A stretch of 63,531 bases of DNA, counting the filler, from Octopus bimaculoides (lineage: Eukaryota): NCBI RefSeq assembly GCF_001194135.2. It is 9 parts of 8 records of this genome, joined end to end, with 100 filler letters (N's around TTAATTAATTAA, not from the genome) between each part and the next. Parts side by side here need not be neighbours in the genome. Positions count along the whole stretch, not along the records: positions 12,342 to 21,544 come from NC_068984.1; positions 21,645 to 30,108 come from NC_069000.1; 7 more parts are not named here. One strand, 5' to 3'. Positions 12,521 to 25,654 of this stretch are shown here, in pieces. The first letter of the stretch is position 1; each line of letters begins with the position of its first letter. The notes under the pieces were generated by a model. The model ran no database searches and had not been told where the DNA came from. It was given only the letters and a program-made list of their open reading frames with translations. The position numbers were made by a program, and so were the translations under genes.

Positions 12521-13174
12521 CTAACTTAGAAAAACAAAGCATTCTTTTACAAACAAATAAACACACCTACCCACACACACATACCACTTTATCATTTGGC
12601 TCTTTCTACCTCTTTGTTATATATATATATATATATCTGTGTGTGTGTTCGTTTCTTCTTCAACACCTCCTACTGTTTATAGAGAGAGAGAGAGAGAGAG
12701 AGAGTTTCTCAGGATAACTGAAAGAAGTTTCCAGTGTTTCCTACCATAGTGTATATGTCTGAGACAGAAATAAAAATAAATAAATAAATGAATATACAAC
12801 CAGAAATGTTAAAAGAAAAATTGGTGGTTTGTAGAAACTTCTGTACTGCATGGACATATCATCATCACCATTACCATCAATACCATTATCATTATTATTA
12901 TTATTATTATGAATATTATTGCTATTTGTTAATGATTAGTTAGAGAACAATGCTGCCGTCTCCAGTAGAGGATATAATAAATAAACTATAGTATTCTTAT
13001 CAAAGACAAAATTCTGCCAACACCCTCACCAGAAAAAAAAAAGCTTTCACATCCTTTGGTAGTTCTGAACATATTTTGTTTTCTTTGTTTGCTTGTTTGT
13101 TTGTTTGTCTGTGAGTGTAATTGTATGTTATTGAACTGTTGAACTTTAGAAAAGGTGTAAGTTTNNNNNNNNNN

Positions 13175-13215
<41 letters not shown>

Positions 13216-13441
13216 TTGTATCTGTGTGTGTTGCTGTTTGAATAGAATGTGAGTGTGTGTGTATATATATATATATTTATATATGCACATACACATACAT
13301 ATTGTATATACATATATTTGAGGACTTGTAATGGGGGTAGCACTGCTTCAAGTACCCAAATGCCAAATGGTCTGGTTAAAGTAGCTAATGCATCAAGTAT
13401 ATTGCTCTGATGTGTGTGTGTGTGTGTGTGTGCGCATTTAA

Positions 13442-13503
<62 letters not shown>

Positions 13504-14384
13504 TGTGTGTGTAAAGGGTTGTTTAAAAGAAAATATCTTTGCAATCTTCATTTATCTTCCATACTATTATTACATTTTAAATAAAATGCATTTATTAATT
13601 ATTCTAAATTGGTCAAAATCATTAGCTCACCAGAGATAGATGTTTGCATGGAAAGAAGGATGGTTATTATGGATGTTCAATGACATCATAAAATAAATGT
13701 CGAACCTGTTACCTGTATGTTACATATTGGTTTGTTTCATATTTCTATTGTATCGTACTAAACGCCATATGATTAGACATTGCTGTTGGCTGTGATGACA
13801 ACACTGGCTGTTTTTTTAATGTTGATGTTGTTGTTACTAATGATATCATCTTGTGTTCTTGTAAGGTATTGCAGATGAGCAAAAAAAAAAATATTAAAAA
13901 AATTACAAACAAAAAAAAGAAGAAAGGAAAAAGCTTAAAGCATGATAACATAGCATTTTTTATATAATTAATATATAATTAATATTTATATAATTACGTT
14001 TTTTATATAATTAATGAGTTTTTTTTTATATAATTAATGTTTCTTTTCTTACCTGTATGTTTCTACCTTCAAGAAAACAATTGTGAATAAATGCATTAAA
14101 TTTACTTGGTCCCTATTAACTTTTAGAGACTAGTGCTCAGTCTCTTCTGAGAACCCTCCAAAATATTTGACACCAACCTAGTTGATCCTTCGTTTTCCAC
14201 ACACACTTGAAATTTTATATTTATTTAGTACAACAGGATAGTAATTAATTATAGTAGTTTGATATATTATCTTAAGTTGTCTTACTCTTAAATCTTAACT
14301 TCCTTTTGTTTTTGTTGTTATAATTCAAATACTACAGACTGCTTATGTAAACATGCCTATGTATACACACACACACACACAACA

Positions 14385-14575
14385 CATGGGGGAGTGCTGC
14401 AAGGTTCCTGGCTTTGGGTAAAAGAAAACACAGGAGGATCAATTACCTACGATTTTATTCAACATATTCCCCTCTCTGATTTATGCACTAATTGCAGTGA
14501 TCCATCAGTTTTTCTAAGACCTGTAAAAGACCTCAGAAGGTAGGACCTCCAAAACTTTTCAGCACCTACCCCACT
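14385..14575 (-). mobile_element. Mariner-derived MITE (same family as 58056-58520)
   Basis: GGGGGAGTGCTGCAAGGTTCCTGGCTTTGGGTAAAAG...AACTTTTCAGCACC; the reverse complement of the unit at 58297-58520. Confidence 0.7.
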
Positions 14576-14629
14576 GTAGATACATGCACACATACACACT
14601 CTCACATGTATGCACATATGCATTCACAC

Positions 14630-14661
<32 letters not shown>

Positions 14662-14804
14662 ATGGGCTCCATTCAGTTTCCATCTGTCAAAATCACTTGC
14701 AAGACAGAAAAATTAAATAATACAAATTTTACATTTGGATGAAGCATTTGTATTTAGTTAGTAATCAGTATATATTCCTTTTGCTCACTACTACATGTAT
14801 GTGA

Positions 14805-14841
<37 letters not shown>

Positions 14842-14942
14842 TATGTGTGTGTGTGTATCTATAATTATATATATATATATATATTTATATTATATTTATA
14901 TTTTTTTTCTTCTTGTTTCTCTCCTTGTTTCTTTCCGTGTTA

Positions 14943-14978
14943 CGTTCAGTTGAAGAGCGTAGGCTCGAAACGTCAAGG
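14943..14978 (+). ncRNA. Degenerate minimal hammerhead motif in a probable Penelope-like LTR fragment (~14900-15033)
   Basis: Reads CGTT-CAGTTGA-A-GAGC[GTAG]GCTC-GAAA-CGTC^AAGG. The architecture is the same as at 275-309, with two core substitutions relative to CTGATGA. Confidence 0.5.
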
Positions 14979-15204
14979 ACTTTCTCTATTCCTGAGCGTT
15001 AAACTAATACATCCATTTGTTGTTTACACCACCNNNNNNNNNNNNNNNNNNNNNNNNNNNNNNNNNNNNNNNNNNNNNNNNNNNNNNNNNNNNNNNNNNN
15101 NNNNNNNNNNNNNNNNNNNNNNNNNNNNNNNNNNNNNNNNNNNNNNNNNNNNNNNNNNNNNNNNNNNNNNNNNNNNNNNNNNNNNNNNNNNNCATATATA
15201 TGAT

Positions 15205-15259
<55 letters not shown>

Positions 15260-15394
15260 GTCTAAGAGTCCATAAGTCAGGAAAAAATGCACTCATATAT
15301 CCATTCATACATACATATATACATATGTATGTATATATATAAATATGCACATATATATATATACATACATACATATATACATATATATATACAT

Positions 15395-15448
<54 letters not shown>

Positions 15449-16130
15449 TACATACACACACACACACGCGTGCGCGCATGCATGCATACATGTATATGTT
15501 CATTGAAAGTCAGATCATTTTTATATGTTATTGTTTACGTATATATATTTCTTTAAAGATACACAACTATAAAGAAGTTGGTTTTATGCTTAAGTGTTAT
15601 CTCCATCCACATGGGGGCTTCAAAGATATGCTTAAAGATTTCGTAGGCTTGGTTAAACAAAATGTTACGAAAAACCATTTAAAAAAAAAAAAAGAAAGAA
15701 AGAAATTATCAACGAAACAACATGCAAAGCACAAAAACGCGGATTCAGAAAAATCCTTATGCCACAATTGTAAGATATTTAGTCTGGGTTATGTTTCAAA
15801 GTTGCCATGCTAGTGTAAATATCATGCTTTAATTACCTAGGGAATGACTACAATAACTAATACAAGCTACAAGAGTAAGGGTTAAGTGTTGTGGGATAGG
15901 TTAGACAGAATAAATACTAATCTGAAAGGGACTAAATAAACATTGATGTGGTAGGGACGAGGTTACAGTTCACTGGTTTGTTCAAACAGCATTTATTTCT
16001 CTATCAGTCTGTGTGTGTGTGTGTGTGTGTGTATGTGTGTATATGCTTGTGTTTTGTATGAGGATCTAAACTGAGTCACAGTGTTCTGAAGTATTCATTC
16101 AACTCAGAATCTTCTGGCTGACAACTCTCG

Positions 16131-16164
<34 letters not shown>

Positions 16165-17183
16165 NNNNNNNNNNNNNNNNNNNNNNNNNNNNNNNNNNNN
16201 NNNNNNNNNNNNNNNNNNNNNNNNNNNNNNNNNNNNNNNNNNNNNNNNNNNNNNNNNNNNNNNNNNNNNNNNNNNNNNNNNNNNNNNNNNNNNNNNNNNN
16301 NNNNNNNNNNNNNNNNNNNNNNNNNNNNNNNNNNNNNNNNNNNNNNNNNNNNNNNNNNNNNNNNNNNNNNNNNNNNNNNNNNNNNNNNNNNNNNNNNNNN
16401 NNNNNNNNNNNNNNNNNNNNNNNNNNNNNNNNNNNNNNNNNNNNNNNNNNNNNNNNNNNNNNNNNNNNNNNNNNNNNNNNNNNNNNNNNNNNNNNNNNNN
16501 NNNNNNNNNNNNNNNNNNNNNNNNNNNNNNNNNNNNNNNNNNNNNNNNNNNNNNNNNNNNNNNNNNNNNNNNNNNNNNNNNNNNNNNNNNNNNNNNNNNN
16601 NNNNNNNNNNNNNNNNNNNNNNNNNNNNNNNNNNNNNNNNNNNNNNNNNNNNNNNNNNNNNNNNNNNNNNNNNNNNNNNNNNNNNNNNNNNNNNNNNNNN
16701 NNNNNNNNNNNNNNNNNNNNNNNNNNNNNNNNNNNNNNNNNNNNNNNNNNNNNNNNNNNNNNNNNNNNNNNNNNNNNNNNNNNNNNNNNNNNNNNNNNNN
16801 NNNNNNNNNNNNNNNNNNNNNNNNNNNNNNNNNNNNNNNNNNNNNNNNNNNNNNNNNNNNNNNNNNNNNNNNNNNNNNNNNNNNNNNNNNNNNNNNNNNN
16901 NNNNNNNNNNNNNNNNNNNNNNNNNNNNNNNNNNNNNNNNNNNNNNNNNNNNNNNNNNNNNNNNNNNNNNNNNNNNNNNNNNNNNNNNNNNNNNNNNNNN
17001 NNNNNNNNNNNNNNNNNNNNNNNNNNNNNNNNNNNNNNNNNNNNNNNNNNNNNNNNNNNNNNNNNNNNNNNNNNNNNNNNNNNNNNNNNNNNNNNNNNNN
17101 NNNNTATATACACACATATATACATATATATAGATATGTACATATGTATGTATATGTAAGTATGTGTATACATAAATACATAC

Positions 17184-17218
<35 letters not shown>

Positions 17219-17221
<3 letters not shown>

Positions 17222-17454
17222 TAATCTGTCAACTATCACGGATGTTACGTTCCAAAACCACCACCCACAATAAATGAAAATCTGCAAAGTAGAAACTGTA
17301 CTGTATATTTTTTAAAAATTATTTTTATAATTTGTATATATTTATTTTATCATAAATGCAAGACAACACCTTGGAGGAATCAACTTACGCTTTAATAATA
17401 AACTCCAATAGGTGAACCGTGATAGGTGGGCAATGATATGGTGAGGGATTACTG
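17219..17454. mobile_element. pogo/Tigger-type MITE with TA target duplication
   Basis: TA|CAGTAATC...GATTACTG|TA, with subterminal inverted CTATCACGG/CCGTGATAG; 236 bp. Confidence 0.75.
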
Positions 17455-17990
17455 TATACATATATATATATAACATGGACTCTCCTGTTATTAGATGCTG
17501 TATTAGGGTTTGGCAATTCCTTGCTGAACAAACCACACAGATGATTTGTTTATATTGATCAAATGTTTGTGTTCACATAAGCTCACTCCCTCCATCAAAT
17601 CGGCATTACCTGTACAGGTGCAACGAGTGCCACATGTCAGATGATGAAATAATTGTAGAAGAATGTGAATTGAAGTGCTTTGCTCAAGAACACAACACAA
17701 TGCCTGGTCTGGGAATTGAACTCACAATCTTGCAATTGTGAGTGCAACACCCTAACCAATCAGCCTTGTGCCTCCACACACACACACACACACACACACA
17801 CCCACACACACACACACGTGTGTGTGTGTGTGTGTGTGTGTGCATATATATGTTTCATGTTCCTGTTCATCAGTGAGATTAAGAAAACTCTGAAGTTTAA
17901 GCCACTGCTTTTCTGCATTGATAGAACTCTGCAGAGGTCGTGGCTGAGGACTCTGCTACCCCCCAGGGATACAAAAAGAGAAAGAAATAT

Positions 17991-18070
<80 letters not shown>

Positions 18071-18794
18071 CATATACACATGCATACATAATATATATGC
18101 ATGTGTACATATATCTATGTATGTACATACATACATGTACATATATGTACATATATATACATATATATATATATATGTATGTATGTATACACACACACAC
18201 ACACACATATATACATATACACACATATACATTTATATATACACATATATATACACACATATATGCATACACATACATGTATGAAATTTCTATAATTGAT
18301 AGAAAAATCACAGTGGAAAATTACAAGAAAATTAATGAAGCTATACATATTATACTTTTTGATAACCTATTCAGTAAAATAATGCTGAATTGAGCTCAGT
18401 ATGGTTAGTTTGTAATGAAAGGTCAATTTCACTAACCAAATACACTAAAAACTGCACCACTAATTATTGTCACATATGCTAATGACTTTGTTGATGGATA
18501 TTTTAAGGTTCTGAATTAGAAACTTGTGTGTATGCATTGTGTAGACATCTGAGGATTTCAGTGGTACAAATAATGTGAAGATGATCATGATGGTACTTTA
18601 ATGCTAAGGAACAAACTTAAATATTGTAAAGCATGGTATAAGAGTATGGTGTTTGGTGGTATTTGTTCTGATTCTCAGTGCCCTGAGTTCAAATCCTGCG
18701 AAAGTCACCTTTGTATTTTATCTATTTGAGAGTGTGTGTTGTGTGAAGATTGTCCTATTTCAGCTATTCTATTGAATCATGAGCCATCAGCATA

Positions 18795-19130
18795 ATAATA
18801 ATAATAATAATGGCCTAAAATTTTGGCTCAAGGCCAACAGTTTTAGGAGAGAGGCCAAGTTGATTAAATCGACCCCAGTGCTCAGTTGATACTGATTTTA
18901 TCAACCACAGTGCTCAACAGTTACTTATTTTATCAGGCCTGAAAGGCTGATAGGCAAAGTCAACCTCGGTGGAATTTGAACTCGGAATGTAAGACGGACA
19001 AAATATCACCAATGATAATAATCCTTTCTACTACAGGCACAAGGTCTGAAATTTGTGGGGAAGGGAATAGTCGATTAGATCGACCCTAATGTTTCCCTGG
19101 TACTTATTTTATTGGCCCTTATAAAATAAA
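18795..19130 (-). mobile_element. tRNA-derived SINE family B, two partial copies
   Basis: GGAATTTGAACTC (reverse B-box), CGACCCCAGT and AGGCCTGAAATT motifs, with (AAT)n tails. Confidence 0.75.
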
Positions 19131-20411
19131 TACCACTTTAGTTATTATTATAATTATTGTCATCACCGTCATCATCATTTTAAATAGTAATTCATTCTAT
19201 TATAAGAAAAATTCTAGCAATGCTCAGAGGAGATACCATACTCACACATTGATAGATAGAATAGATAGATAGATAGATAAACAGGTAGATAGATTGGTAG
19301 ATAGATAGATACATACATACATACATAGATACATAGATAGATAGATAAACCATAGTACTTGTGTGGTACTTATTTCACCAATCTCACCTGAAGGGTGATA
19401 AAAGATAAATTTGATCTCTGCAGGAATTGAACTCAGAACTTCTCTTTTTTTAAAGAGAGCTAACTAAATATGGCAAGGCATTTTGTACGTGGTGGTACCA
19501 ATTCTGCCGCCAAGCACTGCCATTCCTCAACTGTTTTTATTAATACGATAGAGCAATAAGAACAACAGTAGGAAAGAACGGAAGAAATGAAAGAAAACGT
19601 AAGACAGAGCATGCTGGGAAGCATAACCACTTTGAAATTCATCTGCAAAAAATATTGTTTTAAATACTGATGACTTTAATGGGTCACGGAGGCTGTTATG
19701 TCTGCCTTAGCTTGAAAAGAAACTGGTGTTAAATCCATCAGCTTGAGCGCAGAGTATAAGCCTGTGTGTGTATAAGTACCTATGCATCTATGTGCGTAGA
19801 TGTGTAGAGGGAGTAGGGCTAATGTGTTTGTAGTTTCGCGTATTGTTATTTTTAGATTACTGCACTATACAGTGCATGTGTGTGTGTGTCTGTGTGTTTG
19901 TGTGTATGTGTAAGTGTTTATATATCTAATCTTATGTATTTGTCCTTCTGGATTTCTCTGTTCCTCTTGGCACAACGTGTCTGTTGTTTATGTAAGTACG
20001 AGTATATATATATATGTGTGTATATGGGCCTGCGTTTTTTTTTTGTTTTTTTTTTCTGTTCCTCTTGGCACAACGTGTCTGTTGTNNNNNNNNNNNNNNN
20101 NNNNNNNNNNNNNNNNNNNNNNNNNNNNNNNNNNNNNNNNNNNNNNNNNNAAGAAAAGGAAAGATAACAATAGTGAGACTTATGACAATAGTGATAATGG
20201 TAATGATGGTAAAGAATATTATAATTAATAATAATACTTTTGAGGATTATAACTGTGATAGTGGCAATGATGATGATGATTATGACAATGATGGTGCTGA
20301 CAATGATGATGTTGATGATGATGATGATGGTGATGACTGTAGTGATGATGGTGACGATCAAGGTGCTGGTGGGCTGACAATGGTGATGATGGAGATCACA
20401 ATGGTCATGAC

Positions 20412-20548
20412 AATGATGATGATGCTGGTGGTGATGATGATGCTGGTGGTGATGAGGATGCTGGTGGTGATGAGGATGCTGGTGGTGATGGGGATGCTGG
20501 TGGTGATGGGGATGCTGGTGGTGATGAGGATGCTGGTGGTGATGATGA
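20412..20548. repeat. 18-bp minisatellite GATGCTGGTGGTGATGAG (~7 copies) inside a GAT-rich low-complexity tract
   Basis: Direct inspection of 20412-20548. Confidence 0.85.
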
Positions 20549-21644
20549 TGGACTGACAATGATGATGATGGTTTTAGCAATGGTGATGTTGATGGTGCTG
20601 ACAGTGGTAACGATGATGATTATGGTGGTGATGTTGTTGATTGCCAAAGGTCTTACATAGCAAATGGCACAATGCACAAGACAAAATTCCTTTGAAGAAT
20701 AAGTAGCCATCTTCAGACGTCTTTTTTTTATTCTGTTTTTGTTTTTTTGTTAGTGCTGTTTTTGCTACGGTACATATGGGTACCCTGTCTGTAATAATTA
20801 TTATTATATTATTCTGAGCCTTTTTAATTCAAGACAAGAATAATACAAGAATACAAAAATGAAACAGAAGACAGAAGAAACGGCAACAAAATGAAAAAAA
20901 AAACAACAAATAAATAAATAAATAAATAAATAAAATCTCTTACACTTAGGTAACCACTATCTCAAACAATAACTCCAGAAAGACCTTAACCATCTGTAGA
21001 AGATATTAAGAACAGCAACTGAAATAGCGTTTCTAAGACACCCATTTACACATACTAACACATACAGTCGCACATGCGCGCGCACACACACACGCACAGA
21101 GTAATGCCTGTACACATACACATGCACATGGAGATACATATGCATGCACAGTCACGCACCCTCATATGATTGTGTACTTGGACAGTGCTCACATGAGCTG
21201 ACATATGCTCGGTTCTATGTTTAGCTGTTTGCCTCTGGTGTTACGACATTCATTTCGTTTTTGCTTTATCATTAATACATTATTAAGCTGTTTTTCTTTG
21301 TTTGTCTCCTGTGTGTGCGTCCATGAATGCGTGTATGTGTGTGTGTATACGTGCATGTGTATGTGCGTGGAAATGGAGTGCGTGTAAGTGCGTACATAGA
21401 CATACACACAGACACACACACACATATATATATTTATATATATATTTATATATATATATCATTTGTTAAGTATATATATAGATATCTATAAATATACATA
21501 TAAATATATATATATCTTACATCAATAATTATTGATATATATATNNNNNNNNNNNNNNNNNNNNNNNNNNNNNNNNNNNNNNNNNNNNTTAATTAATTAA
21601 NNNNNNNNNNNNNNNNNNNNNNNNNNNNNNNNNNNNNNNNNNNN

Positions 21645-21916
21645 GTACCCTTAACGTAGTTCTCGGGGATATTCAGCGTGACACAGTGTGACAAGGCTGA
21701 CCCTTTGAAATACAGGCACAACAGGAACAGGAAGTAAGAGTGAGAGAAAGTTGTGGTGAAAGAGTACAGCAGGGTTCGCCACCATTCCCTGCTGGAGCTT
21801 CGTGGAGCTTTAGGTGTTTTCGCTCAATAAACACTCACAACGCCCGGTCTGGGAATCGAAACCGCGATCCTACGACCGCGAGTCCGCTGCCCTAACCATT
21901 GGGTCATTGCGCTTCC
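21645..21916 (-). mobile_element. tRNA-derived SINE family C
   Basis: Head GGAAGCGCAATGACCCAATGGTTAGGGCAGCGGACTCGCGGTCGTAGGATCGCGGTTTCGATTCCC on the minus strand; the body is shared with the copies at 24845, 27762 and 34538. Confidence 0.85.
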
Positions 21917-22693
21917 ACACACACTCACATTAAAGATAAAACGCACAAGACAAGATACAAATATAGAAATCATTTTCCCATCATCGGCTGAAGATCAAGA
22001 ATGCTTTGGTATGTTATCACACATACACACACTCACACAACGCGCGCACACACACACACACAACACACACACACACGACGAGCTCACGTGCAGCTTCTGT
22101 CCTCCTCCAGATTCCACACTGAGTTACTGGGACAACCCAAGACTATGACTGATGACAGAAGACAACTTGCCCACCCTGCTGTTTTGTTAGATCGAACCCG
22201 AAACCACGTGGTTACGAAGCTTTCCTTTCAGAAGTCCGAAGTTATTCTGGTAGATGGGAAAAAAATCGGGAATGTATCATATATGCTTGTACACCAGAGT
22301 AATGTCCTCTGCATTACATGTTATACACAAGACAGGCAAAGAGTTAAGATCTAGGCCTATCCCACTGTGAGGCACTTGGAACCAGTATGCTCTTTCTTTT
22401 TAATCACAGCTGCGGATTAAACAGATTTATGGATGAAATTCGTAGACGGAAACTGTTCGGAATCTCACACACACACGTATGTATCTTTTGCCTATGTATA
22501 TTAACGAAAAGTTTAGACATCAGTGAGAAAAACCATAGAGTGGTGCTTTCGAACAAATTCCCTTGTCATAATTGTTTCACCTGAGTTTTAATGGCGATCT
22601 CTTATCACTTCCGTCATCGTAAATGTAATGAACCAACTGCTGTGAACCTGTGTTCGACGACGCGACTGTTCAAAATGCAATTTGAGTTGTTGC

Positions 22694-22742
<49 letters not shown>

Positions 22743-22756
22743 TCGTTAATAATAAT

Positions 22757-23205
22757 AATCTTTTCTACTATAGGCACAGGAGTCTGAAATTTTGGGAAGG
22801 GGATAGTCGATTAAATCGACCCCAGTACTCGACTGGTACCTATTTTATCGACACCGAAAGGTTGAAGAACAAAGTCGACCTCGGCGGAATTTGAACTCAG
22901 AACGTAAAGACAGACGAAAAACCGCCAAGTATTTTCCCCGGTGTGCTAACAATTCTGCCAGATCGCTGCCATAATAATACAAACAATAATCCTTTCTATT
23001 ATAAGCACAAGGCCTGAAATTTGGGGGAGGGGGATAGTCGATAAGATCGATCCCAGTATTAAGGTGGTACTTATTCTATTGACTCCGAAAGGATGAAAGG
23101 CAAAGTCGACCTCGGCGGAATTTGAACTCAGAACGTGAAGACGGACGAAACGCTGCTAAGCATTTTGCTCGGCGTGCTAACGATTCTGCCAGCTCACTGA
23201 CTTAA
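22757..23205 (-). mobile_element. SINE family B, two tandem copies
   Basis: CTTTTCTACTATAGGCACAAG...AAAGTCGACCTCGGCGGAATTTGAACTCAGAACG...CTGCCAGCTC occurs twice. Confidence 0.85.
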
Positions 23206-23214
23206 CACCCCTTG

Positions 23215-23452
23215 ATATAACTGGCTCGAGTCCTTGGACTCATAGATCCAGTTATCCGCTTTCTATGGCATTACAGGCGACCAAGATTACTCATAAATAG
23301 AACACTACTCCGTCGCAGGATTACTCATTTACAGCTGAGCGGACTCGAGCAAAATGAAATGAAGTATTTTGCTCAAGAATACAATGCACTTCTCGGTTCG
23401 CGAATCGAAACTACGATCTTAAGATCCACATCCTAGCCATTTGGCCACACAC
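23215..23452 (-). mobile_element. Older tRNA-derived SINE (CORE-like, family D)
   Basis: TTTACAGCTGAGCGGACTCGAGCAAAATGAAATGAAGTATTTTGCTCAAGAATACAA with a B-box-like GAATCGAAACT; a related segment lies at 17660-17770. Confidence 0.55.
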
Positions 23453-24061
23453 CTTCGCAATTAGATACGGTACATGTTGATGAAGGGACGAGTGAGTTAT
23501 AAGTCACGTAATAGTATAAGTTTGTAATTGGAGTCTGGTAAATGTAACAAAAGTTAGTAGTTCTTGGGAGAATCTAAAAATATAAATGAGATTAAAAATA
23601 TGAAAAGAAGATTTAGACAGACGAAACCATTTGTGTTGGCAAGTAAATAAAGGAATAAGATTTACCTTTGCACACAATAAAGACTGCTCTCTCGCTGATG
23701 AAACTAGGTCTGGTTTACTACTGCAAAATAAAAATGTCGGTTAGATATATGATATATAAAACATTGTAACTGACTAACGATGAATCAGAATAAGTGAATC
23801 AAGTTGTCTCAAAAGCGATCACGTCATGAACAGTAAATGAATAAAATAGGGGCTTAAAAGGACTTCCTGCAACGAATGAACACACAAATATGTAAACTGA
23901 TGAACACATAGTAATTACGCGTAGGTGGAGGCTAATTGTAGGCGGGAGTGTAGGTGATGTGTTTTCACGAAATGATGTGGCACGTTCATTTGATATGCTC
24001 CAGCATGGTCTAAGCGATGATGGTTAAAATAAACTGAAGAACCCACAAGTTCCCAAACAAT

Positions 24062-24436
24062 AGGTGCAGGCATGGGGGCGTGGTTTAGAAGCTCGTTTTA
24101 CAAGACGACCGCGTGGTTTGGGGTTCACTCCCACCCATTGCGTGGCGCTTTGGGAAAGTGTCTTGCGTTATAACCCCAGGCCGACCAATGCCTTGTGAAT
24201 GAATTCGGTTGACGGAAACTGTGTGGAAGTAAGTCGTATGTATGTGTGTGTGTGGGGGGGGGGGGGTGAGACAAAGGATTTGCGTTTGTCTCCGTAACTT
24301 AGAAGTTCAGCAAAACAGAGAGATACAATAAGATTAAAAAAAAACAATTCTGGGGTCAATTTGTTGGACTAAACCCTTCCATGAGGTGCTCCAGCATGGT
24401 CGCAGTCCATTGACTGAAACAAGTAAAGAGTAAGGG
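24062..24436 (+). mobile_element. tRNA-derived SINE, family A (CORE-like CCTTGGGCAAG segment, internal GT microsatellite)
   Basis: A/B-box head, TTGGGAAAGTGTCTT core, and tail GGTGCTCCAGCATGGTCGCAGTC..TGACTGAAACAAGTAAAG. Confidence 0.8.
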
Positions 24437-24668
24437 ATAATTTGGATACATAAACACATCAATAAAACGTGTTCTTTGTGTGCTTGGACAATAATGTAAA
24501 AAGGTTATTTCACATTCAATTTAATATCGTCGAAGGAAATGTTTTTGTTTCTCTTTCTATCTTATGGTTCAAATAAAAAATGAACAATTTTAGATATTAC
24601 AGATCTATATTTAAGAGATGAAGAATTATGTACATTATTTACATTCGATATATTTACATTATTTACAT

Positions 24669-24840
24669 TCGGGCATATGGCGTAGTGGTTAAGAGCGCGG
24701 GCTACTAACCCCAAGATTCCGAGTTCGATTCCAAGCAGACTGATAGAATAAGTACCAGGCTTTAAAAAATAAGTACTGGGGTAGATTCATTCGACTAAAA
24801 TTCTTCAAGGTGGTGCCCTAGCATGGAAGCAGTCTGGTGT
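24669..24840 (+). mobile_element. Chimeric SINE: tRNA-like head fused to a family A 3' tail
   Basis: TGGCGTAGTGG (A box) and GAGTTCGATTCC (B box), then directly GATAGAATAAGTACCAGGCTT...GGTGCCCTAGCATGG. Confidence 0.6.
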
Positions 24841-24844
24841 TGGT

Positions 24845-25135
24845 TGGCACTCTGTCGGTTCCAGTTGATCCGATCAGCGGAACAGCCTGCTCGTGCAAGT
24901 GGCTGAGCACTCCACAGACACGTGTACTCTTAACGTAGTTCTCGGGGAGATCCAGCGTGACACAGAGTGTGACAAGGCTGACCCTATGAATTACAGGTAC
25001 AACAGAAACAGGAAGAAAGAGTGAGAGAAAGTTGTGGTGAAAGAGTACAGCAGGGTTCGCCACCATCCCCTGCTGGATCCTCGTGGATCTTTAGGTGTTT
25101 TCGCTCAATAAACACTCACAATGCCCGGTATGGGA
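24845..25135 (-). mobile_element. SINE family C (head in gap)
   Basis: GTTGGCACTCTGTCGG..CCAGTTGATCCGATCA..GTGAGAGAAAGTTGTGGTG. Confidence 0.85.
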
Positions 25136-25654
25136 NNNNNNNNNNNNNNNNNNNNNNNNNNNNNNNNNNNNNNNNNNNNNNNNNNNNNNNNNNNNNNNNN
25201 NNNNNNNNNNNNNNNNNNNNNNNNNNNNNNNNNNNNNNNNNNNNNNNNNNNNNNNNNNNNNNNNNNNNNNNNNNNNNNNNNNNNNNNNNNNNNNNNNNNN
25301 NNNNNNNNNNNNNNNNNNNNNNNNNNNNNNNNNNNNNNNNNNNNNNNNNNNNNNNNNNNNNNNNNNNNNNNNNNNNNNNNNNNNNNNNNNNNNNNNNNNN
25401 NNNNNNNNNNNNNNNNNNNNNNNNNNNNNNNNNNNNNNNNNNNNNNNNNNNNNNNNNNNNNNNNNNNNNNNNNNNNNNNNNNNNNNNNNNNNNNNNNNNN
25501 NNNNNNNNNNNNNNNNNNNNNNNNNNNNNNNNNNNNNNNNNNNNNNNNNNNNNNNNNNNNNNNNNNNNNNNNNNNNNNNNNNNNNNNNNNNNNNNNNNNN
25601 NNNNNNNNNNNNNNNNNNNNNNNNNNNNNNNNNNNNNNNNNNNTAACTCCTTAC

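Noticed and set aside
19961-20085. Duplicated 27-mer TTCCTCTTGGCACAACGTGTCTGTTGT
   Set aside because: The second copy ends at a gap edge; likely redundant assembly.
20150-20640. Acidic DAGGDE-like repeat ORF resembling a biomineral or acidic protein
   Set aside because: The acidic frame is broken by a frameshift near 20372 and drifts into M/V-rich text. There are no splice signals, and it is typical of GAT-derived cryptic simple sequence.
20690-20730. CTGAAGATGGC on the minus strand as another hammerhead (also CTGATGA at 23695)
   Set aside because: No downstream GAAA or cleavage triplet in the right position.
24669-24735. Possible tRNA gene
   Set aside because: It has A/B boxes but no proper acceptor stem or terminator, and continues into SINE tail sequence. 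SINE head.
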